Assembly: GCF_006345805.1 (NCBI RefSeq)
Contig: NW_021825173.1
Span: 1-16,380 of the forward strand
Origin: Octopus sinensis
Lineage: Eukaryota
Reading direction: 5' to 3'
Length of the DNA: 16,380 nucleotides
Part shown: positions 9,721-16,380 of the stretch, in pieces
How the letters are laid out: the number at the start of each line of letters is the position of its first letter
Numbering within the stretch: position 1 is the stretch's first letter
Program-made: the position numbers and the translations under genes
The notes under the pieces: model-generated
Database searches by the model: none
Told to the model about the DNA's origin: nothing
Seen by the model: only the letters and a program-made list of their open reading frames with translations

Positions 9721-9966
9721 CTCTCTCCCTCTTTCTCTGTGTGTATACATACATACATATATATGAATGCATATACAGGAGGCAGTTGACAAAGCCAGCT
9801 TCTATAAATGGCTGAAATGAGAAGACCCAGAATAGATTTTCCTATTTTTAATTCCAATATTTATAGCTTGTACTTAACATTAAGGTTTTTAATATAAATT
9901 ACTTAATGAGTATAAGACTTTATTTAGATGTATATTAAATAAATAAATAAATTAATTAATAATTTC

Positions 9967-10311
9967 GGTGCAGGACTGGCTGTGTGGTAAGTAGCTTGTT
10001 AACTAACCACATGGTTCCGGGTTCAGGCCCACTGCGTGGCACCTTGGGCAGGTGTCTTCTGCTATAGCCTCGGGCCGACCAAAGCCTTGTGAGTGGATTT
10101 GGTAGACGGAAACTGAAAGAAGCCCGTCGTATATGTGTATATATATATATGTGCGTGTTTGTGTTTGTTCCCCTAACATTGTTTGACAATCGGCAAAAGA
10201 GACCGATAGGATAAGTACTAGGCTTACAAAGAATAAGTCCTGGGGTCGACTAAAAGGCGGTGCTCCAGCATGGCCGCAGTCAAATGACTGAAACAAGTAA
10301 AAGAGAAAGAG
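9967..10311 (+). mobile_element. tRNA-derived octopus-type SINE, near full length
   Basis: A-box TGGCTGTGTGG (9977-9987), B-box GGTTCAGGCCC (10020-10030), CORE-like ACCTTGGGCAGGTGTCTT, an internal (TA)/(TG) tract, and the tail GGCGGTGCTCCAGCATGGCCGCAGTCAAATGACTGAAACAAGTAAAAGAG. Confidence 0.85.
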
Positions 10312-10514
10312 AAATGGTTACATTCTCTCTATAGATTAGTATAAGGGAACTAATTTTGAATTCCCATATACAAAGTAAACAATCAGGTGGGGTTGGTTGT
10401 ATTTAAAAGGAAAAAACTAACCAAATAAGGGAGTATGGAATTTTAAATATTGGGGACTAAAATTAATATCAAACCATCCATAATCAATACAGCTTAGATA
10501 TTAGTATGAAAGAA

Positions 10515-10776
10515 ATCATCATCATCATTTACTGTCCGTTTTCCATGCTAGCATGTGTTGGATGGTTCGACTGGGCTATGGGAAGCCTGGAGGCTGCACC
10601 AGGCTCCAGTCTGATCTGGCAGTGTTTCTACAGCTGGATGCCCTTCCTAACGCCAACGACTCCGTGAGTGAAGTGGGTGTTTTTTAGTGCTACCGGCACA
10701 GGGGCTGCATGAGGCTGGAAACAGCCCCGATTTGTTGATGCTTTTATGTGTCACCGACATGGATGGCGCTGGCATC
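10515..10776 (-). mobile_element. RepA retroposon copy
   Basis: (ATC)n-ATTTACTGTCCGTTTTCCATGCTAGCATG..GGCTGCACCAGGCTCCAGTCTGATCTGGC..GATGCCCTTCCTAACGCCAAC. Confidence 0.85.
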
Positions 10777-11110
10777 TTCCATGTTCGGGTGGAAGGAGAC
10801 TGGAATAGGGTAGCCATTGACATCATGAACTATTGGGAAAATGTATACCCCTCAATGGTCGACTGTGGTCCAGAGCAGATGGCTATATGGAGAGAGATCA
10901 GGACGAAGAGTGCTGCCAAAATTGCCAGAAGACAATGGAGGTAGTCTTCTGGTACAACATACCATCCAGGTTAGGGCAAACCGAAGAGTCTGCCTCGAAA
11001 AGAGCCATATTCTAGTGAAAAGGGAGACATCTCAGCATGGTGTCTGTACAGTTCGAAGACGAGGTGTGGGTGAAGACCCTGAATGCTTGTGTAGGGCATT
11101 GGCCAGAAAT
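10777..11110 (+). mobile_element. Ty3/gypsy LTR-retrotransposon integrase remnant with an internal deletion
   Basis: WNRVAIDIMNYWENVYPSMVDCGPEQMAIWREIRTKSA resembles the start of the rve core (W...AID...Y...VD). In other frames VVFWYNIPSR and EDEVWVKT resemble the post-core WYN and GD.VWVK motifs. The central D,D35E region appears missing. Recognition is from recall only. Confidence 0.6.
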
Positions 11111-11182
11111 TTATAACAGACGGACTATAGACAGGAACCTCACAGCAGTACTTAGTGAGTTGCTTTGCAGAGAAGGGACTTC

Positions 11183-11583
11183 CGATCTTTTCCGTTTGAC
11201 CGGCAGTTTTTTCTCGCGGTGTCATATGAAATTGTCACCCATAATTATGACCCTAGTATCGATCTATTGCATTTCAATCTGTTTTAGGGTTAGGGGTGGG
11301 AGGAAGGGTATCATTTTTTTCTTCACAAATGTAAATAAACCCAATCTGTTTCTTAAACGAGGGACATATTCATACGGCACAGAATGTTTTCACCTTAGTA
11401 GACGTCATTGATTGGTTGAAATTGAAGAAAAAAACAACAATATCTTACAAACTATAGAATTTTCTCAATAAAGCCAAGAGAAAAGTATGTTTTATAAACA
11501 CATTCTACCAGTATACGAAGTCTAAAAGTGTTTAGTTACGTGGAAATTATTTTAAAAAACTGCCGGTCAAACCGAGAAGATCC
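11183..11583 (+). mobile_element. RepB MITE, complete 401-bp copy
   Basis: TIRs GATCTTTTCCGTTTGACCGGCAGTTTTTT ... AAAAAACTGCCGGTCAAACCGAGAAGATCC; collinear with 1880-2280. Confidence 0.85.
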
Positions 11584-11629
11584 TAGAACATACAAATATA
11601 CTGGTGAGAATTTAAAAAAAACTTGAAGA

Positions 11630-11870
11630 TGGAGTTATTGACAGAAAGGGACAAAGTTGAAAAAACACCGGAACGAATCCTACAAGTCAGTAGCGCTCTC
11701 TATTGGAGAATTGAGGAAATACAATCGTATCAAGGGACACAACTTCTAAAAGACATCAACCACGCGGCCAAAGGGAAGTTAATTAGGGAGGCTAATTAAC
11801 GATCACTGAGTCGCTGTTTATTTGTGAATACGGTAAGTTGACAAAGATTTAATTTAAGGCTGTAATAGTG
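11630..11870. repeat. RepD dispersed repeat copy
   Basis: Homologous blocks are shared with 3430-3890 (see that entry). Confidence 0.6.
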
Positions 11871-12471
11871 GGTACTTGTATCACAGAGTGGTCCCGGTTG
11901 CGCACACGCGGATTCGCGCTAGCCAGACGTAGGTACTCGATACTCGAGATCCTACGAGGTGACTTGCGCATGCGCTGTGCGCGATTCGCGCATGCGCGTA
12001 ACACCCCCACCCCCCATATAATTTGTGAACTTAATGAATTAATTTCTTCACACAAATGTATATAATTTTTGGGATAAAATTACAGAGTAACACCTCCACG
12101 ATTTTCACTAAAAAAAAACCACAAAAAAACCCCGGATTTTTTAGATACCTTTCTGCTTTTTAAGACAATAAAGTGTTATTGGAGGGAAATCTGGCTGCTA
12201 TTTCTAGCTGCCTGAATGACAACATAGCGATTTACAGATAAATGAATTAATTACTATTTTACAGAATAAAATTAATGAATTAATTATATAAATTAAATAA
12301 TTCTTGAAAATGAATTAATATTAATAATATTTTTTGAACAAAGTAAATAATTTATAAAACTTAAATAATAATTTTTTTTACACGAACGCGAACGTATATA
12401 AATTGTGAAATTTTTTTTTTTTTTTACAGACGTATATAATTTGGTAAACTCAATGAATTAATTTCTTCACG

Positions 12472-12866
12472 TCATCATCATCCGTTCTCCATGCTAGCAT
12501 GGGTTGGACGGTTCGACCGGGGATCTGGGAAGCCAGAAGGCTGCACCAGGCTCCAATCTTATCTGGCAATGTTTCTACAGATGGATGCCCTCCTAACGCC
12601 AACCACTCCGAGAGTGTAGTGGGTGCTTTTTACATGCCACCCGCACAGGTGCCAGGCGAGGCTGGCATCGGCCACGATTCGGATAGTGCTTTTTACGTAC
12701 CACCAGTCCAGGGGTCCTGGCATCTGCCGGGTGCCAGTCATAGGATTGGTTCAATTTCGATTTCACTTGCCCCAACATGTCTTCGCAAGCAAAGTGGGTT
12801 GGCATGGGTGCCTGTCGTCGGATGAGGTTCGATATCGACTTCGCTTGCCTCAACAGGTCTTTGTGT
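12472..12866 (-). mobile_element. RepA retroposon copy inserted in the foldback spacer
   Basis: TCATCATCATCCGTTCTCCATGCTAGCATGGGTTGGACGG..GCTGCACCAGGCTCCAATC..CCTAACGCCAACCACTCCGAGAGTGTAGTGGGTGCTTTTTAC; the longest RepA copy in the window. Confidence 0.85.
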
Positions 12867-12897
12867 ATAAATGTATAAATTTTTCGCACTAAATTCT

Positions 12898-12968
12898 TTC
12901 CGTAGAATTTATCAAAAAACGCGCAAAATTATTCCGTAGAATTTATCAAATTAAAAAACGCAAAATTA
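12898..12968. repeat. 34-bp tandem duplication
   Basis: TTCCGTAGAATTTATCAAA occurs at 12898-12916 and 12932-12950, each followed by AAAACG(CG)CAAAATTA. Confidence 0.8.
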
Positions 12969-13590
12969 ATATATTTTTTGAAATTGCAAATTATTTAGAA
13001 TATAAAACAAATGAAGTTAAATTTTAAAAATAAATGTCATATACTTATACTCTGTTAGGTGCTGTGTTCACACTTCAACTTACTATTTTCTAGAAATGTT
13101 GCTTTTCTAATTGAAACCATTTATTATTTAAGTTTTATAAATGATTTACTTTGTTCAAAAAATATTAATAATATAATTCATTTTCAAGAATTATTTAATT
13201 TATATAATTAATTCATTAATTTTATTCTGTAAAATAGTAATTAATTCATTTATCTGTAAATCGCTATGTTGTCATTCAGGCAGCTAGAAATAGCAGCCAG
13301 ATTTCCCTCCAATAACACTTTATTGTCTTAAAAAGCAGAAAGGTATCTAAAAAATCCGGGGTTTTTTGGGGTTTTTTTTTTAGTGAAATCGTGCGGGTGT
13401 TACTCTGTAATTTTACCCCCAAAATTATATACATTTGTGTGAAGAAATTAATTCATTAAGTTTCACAAACTATATGGGGGTGGGTGGAGGTATAACGCGC
13501 ACAGCGCATGCGCAAGTCACCTCGTAGGATCTCGAGTATCGAGTACCTACGTCTGGCTTAGCAATATTTAATACTTTCACACTGTCATGT

Positions 13591-16380
13591 ATTTCTTTAT
13601 TATGATTATATAATCGTTACATAGAAGGACAAATACAGGACATACATGTAAAAAACAGTTAAGAGGTTCGATTAAAAATTTTCCATGACATTTGGATTAT
13701 TCATTATAAAAATTCGTCTGTAAATTGTCCTTTACATGACCAATAGAATATTATAACATTACATAAACTTTCGATCTTACCGAAGTTATAAACCCCAGCA
13801 CTTTATAAGGCCCCGCAGCTTTTGTTTCCTCTCCTCCCTCCATAGTTAAGCTGGGTTTCTGACGCCCACCTTTTTTTCCACTTCCTTCCATCTTTTCTCA
13901 TACACACCCCGTGGTAAGATCCTCTTTTCCAGCCCCATTTTGCTCTTCAGATGATATCTGAAGTAAGTGAGCAAGCCGGGGCCCGAGACAAAGGATCCTA
14001 TCGCGACTCCTTCCATTCTCGTTCTCCACATGCATTCTTTTACTACTGCAACCGTGCAGTGAAAACATGCCTCACCCTCCTTCGAGAGTCCAGTTGGCGG
14101 TATCATCTTAATCATAGACTCAGCCGACAGCTGTACTCGTCCCAGATGCGATAACACGTGTTCTGCGTAACTTATCAAGTCGGACAACTTCCGACAGTGT
14201 ACAAAAGCGTGCTGGACGTTTCATCGTCCAACTCGCACCTTGGACACGTCGGTGGCACTGAAATTCCGTGCCGCGATAACTTCTCGCGAACAGGTAAAGC
14301 ATTCCTATAGCACTGCCAGGCCAGGGATCTTTGGAAATTATCCAAGTACCCCGTCCCGAAAGTCTTTTTAAACAGGTTGATAAGCTGGTCTTCGTCAAAC
14401 TCCAGAGCCCCTCCTAGGACGTCGTCGTTCTTTGCCTCTACCAGCCTTCTATAAAATACTGAGGTGGTATTTCCGCAGCCGGCCTTGCCCGCCTTGTGGA
14501 TCAGCGTGAGTGCCTGTCGGCACTCCTTTTGCCATAAAGTCAGTTTCCATCTTTTGATGAGACCGGGTTTAAAATTCACTAAGGAGGCCGGTCTCGGGAA
14601 AAATCCCCCTGCCAGCGGACTCCACATCTTATCACCCTCCAGGTGGTGCCAGAGATGCTTCAGCCTCATGCATGTCTGCGCATCATCAACCAAGGCATTC
14701 CTAACCCACCCTTTAACGGTTCCTGGCAGCAAACGGAGCGCCTCACAAGTGGCTTTCCTCCCTTCCACAAAAAGCGGAAAAGGATTCGCTCCAACTTGCT
14801 AAGCCATGAATAGGGGCAAGGGACAACGGTCAGGCGGTAAGTGATTACAGATGCAATGAACATCTGCACCACCTCCGCCCTTCCTTTCAAGGACAGAAAC
14901 CTTCGGGACCAGGTCCGTACTATGGCCTCCACCTTGCTCGTCACCTCACTCCAGTTCCTCTCCGTTTGGGAGTCTGGCCCAAACCAAACTCCTAGCAACT
15001 TAACAGGGCCATCCGTCCAGTGTCCCACGACACTGGACGATATCGACTTGCTCCTCCAGGTGCCGAGGTGCAAGCCAACCGACTTGTCCTTGTTAACCTT
15101 TGCTCCTGCCACCGCCTCGTATCCTCTGATAGCCTCTTCCACACAAGGTAGCTGGGCCTCATTGGACACGATGAGGGTGACGTCATCCGCATAAGCAGTA
15201 ACCGTCCTCCCACCTCCGATCTCATCCGAGTTACTTCCCAGCCTCTCCAACTTTCGCAGCAATGGCTCAAGAGCCAACACGTACAAAAGTGGTGACAAGG
15301 GGCACCCTTGACGAACTGAACATTCGATCGAAAACGGTTCCGTTAGGTAACCGTTTATCTGGACGGTGGACTTGATGCCGCTATACATAGCAGAGATCCA
15401 CCCGTGAAATTCAGGGCCCAGTCCAGCCGCTTCGAGGACCGTCGCCAGGTACTCATGGTCTACCCTATCGAACGCTTTACTTTGGTCTAAATGGACCATT
15501 ACCCCGCCCTTGCCGGTTAATTTACCCACCCTATCTAAGGTGTAGCGTATAAGGTGAAGGTTGTCCTGGATCGACCTGCCTGGAATTGCACATGTCTGTG
15601 CTCTCCCTACAAGTTTCTCCACGACAACCGTCAACCTTTTTGCCAACACCTTGGCCAGAATCTTTAACTCTACATTAAGTAGAGTTATGGGCCTGTAGTT
15701 ACTAATGTTATCCCCCTTGCTCGGGTCTTTCTGGATTAGCGTCACCACTCCCCGGCTTACGGAACTGGGAATTCTCCCATTCTGCTGCCAGTTCGTGTAG
15801 ACGCCTGCCAATATTCCCCCGAACAAGTCCGGCATACTTTGGTAAAACTCGTAGGGCAGACCATCCAACCCCGGCGCATCCGGCCAGTATCCCCTCTATC
15901 TCCGCGGGAGTGATCGCTTCTTCACAGCACTCCACCTCACGCCCCGAGAGCCGCGGTCCGCCGGCCAGGAAGTCCTTTAAGGTCCTCTCCCGCTCCGGCG
16001 CCACACCACTCCCGAACCCGCGGGCGAAATGCTGGTGAAGAAACTTTTGCATCTCCTCCTGTCCATAGATCTTTTGTCCCTGTTCGTCAGTTAAAGACTT
16101 GATTGAGGCTTTGTTACCTCTCTGACTCTCCACTCGACGGGCCCATCCGGCAACGTTAATACCTTCTCGTTTCCCAGCGCGTAGCTTAGCTCTGACTCTG
16201 CAACCTTCGTGTTTGGAGTTAAGGTGACGGTACAATACCGTCCTTGCCGCCATCACTCCGGATGCAGAGCCAGCTTCCATTGCCTCGTTTAGATTCTTAA
16301 CTAAATCGTCCTCTATCCTAGACCTATCTATCCTTAGCTGATTGCTAAATCTAATGGACTCTGAACGAATGGCTCTTTTG
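13591..16380 (-). mobile_element. L1-clade Tx1-like non-LTR retrotransposon (3' ~2.8 kb; continues beyond the window)
   Basis: ORF2 as below, plus a 3' UTR ending in ..ATAATAAAGAAA (13592-13603 on the minus strand). It is markedly more GC-rich than its flanks. Confidence 0.85.
13846..16379 (-). pseudogene. Tx1-like ORF2 (reverse transcriptase + zf-RVT), three frameshifts
   Basis: RT motifs PGLDGLPYEFY, NYRPITLLNVELKILAK, LDQSKAFDRV, VRQGCPLSPLL, AYADDV and VKLLGVWF are present, and the C-terminus has ALPVREKL..CPRC...ET/VQHAFVHC. Frameshifts lie at about 15878, 14668 and 14216, with stop TAA at 13846-13848. The frame is open to the window edge. Confidence 0.9.

Larger units (their letters stand above)
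11921..13558. repeat. Large inverted repeat / foldback element: arms 11921-12371 and 13121-13558
   Basis: The outer 63 bp are identical between arms, and about 190 bp (about 12125-12317) match the other arm without interruption. The remainder differs by a 15-bp indel and scattered substitutions. The spacer is 749 bp. Confidence 0.95.

Noticed and set aside
9967-10035. tRNA-like A/B boxes here and at 2460-2510 and 9655-9720
   Set aside because: They do not form complete cloverleaves and run straight into SINE bodies, so they are SINE heads, not tRNA genes.
11882-11910. CACAGAG resembling a RAG/Transib RSS heptamer (CACAGTG)
   Set aside because: There is a 6/7 match only, no nonamer at a 12- or 23-bp spacing, and no transposase nearby; this is not enough to call Transib/RAG-like.
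12499-12892. Four overlapping ORFs of 60-108 aa
   Set aside because: All lie within one GC-richer RepA copy and are chance open frames.
13951-15270. Plus-strand and alternative-frame ORFs overlapping the LINE
   Set aside because: They are shadow frames of the GC-rich RT ORF with no independent motifs.

Overview
AT-rich, repeat-saturated animal genomic DNA, most likely Octopus/coleoid cephalopod. The species assignment is inferred from the [21 protein letters not shown] finger style and the SINE families. The only host gene is a single-exon C2H2 zinc-finger array on the + strand (about 16 fingers, 5727-7035). Its first four fingers are intact and the rest decay through indels and stops. A paralogous copy of its 3' end (810-1142) is cut at a TTAA by a degenerate piggyBac element (1-808), implying a tandem ZNF cluster extending left of the window. 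The rest is transposon-derived: a ~400-bp GATC-ended MITE family (six copies or fragments), a (GAT)n-tailed retroposon (five clear copies plus two old ones), tRNA-derived SINEs, a 5'-truncated RTE LINE nested in a SINE, a non-autonomous Helitron, a gypsy integrase remnant and a young L1/Tx1-type LINE (13.6 kb to the window end). The most unusual structures are inverted repeats: a ~1.64-kb foldback with ~450-bp arms (11921-13558), a locally generated 58-bp hairpin downstream of the ZNF (7917-8055), and MITE composites carrying two identical-type ends. All alignments were done by eye and no database searches were run, so novelty is unverified.
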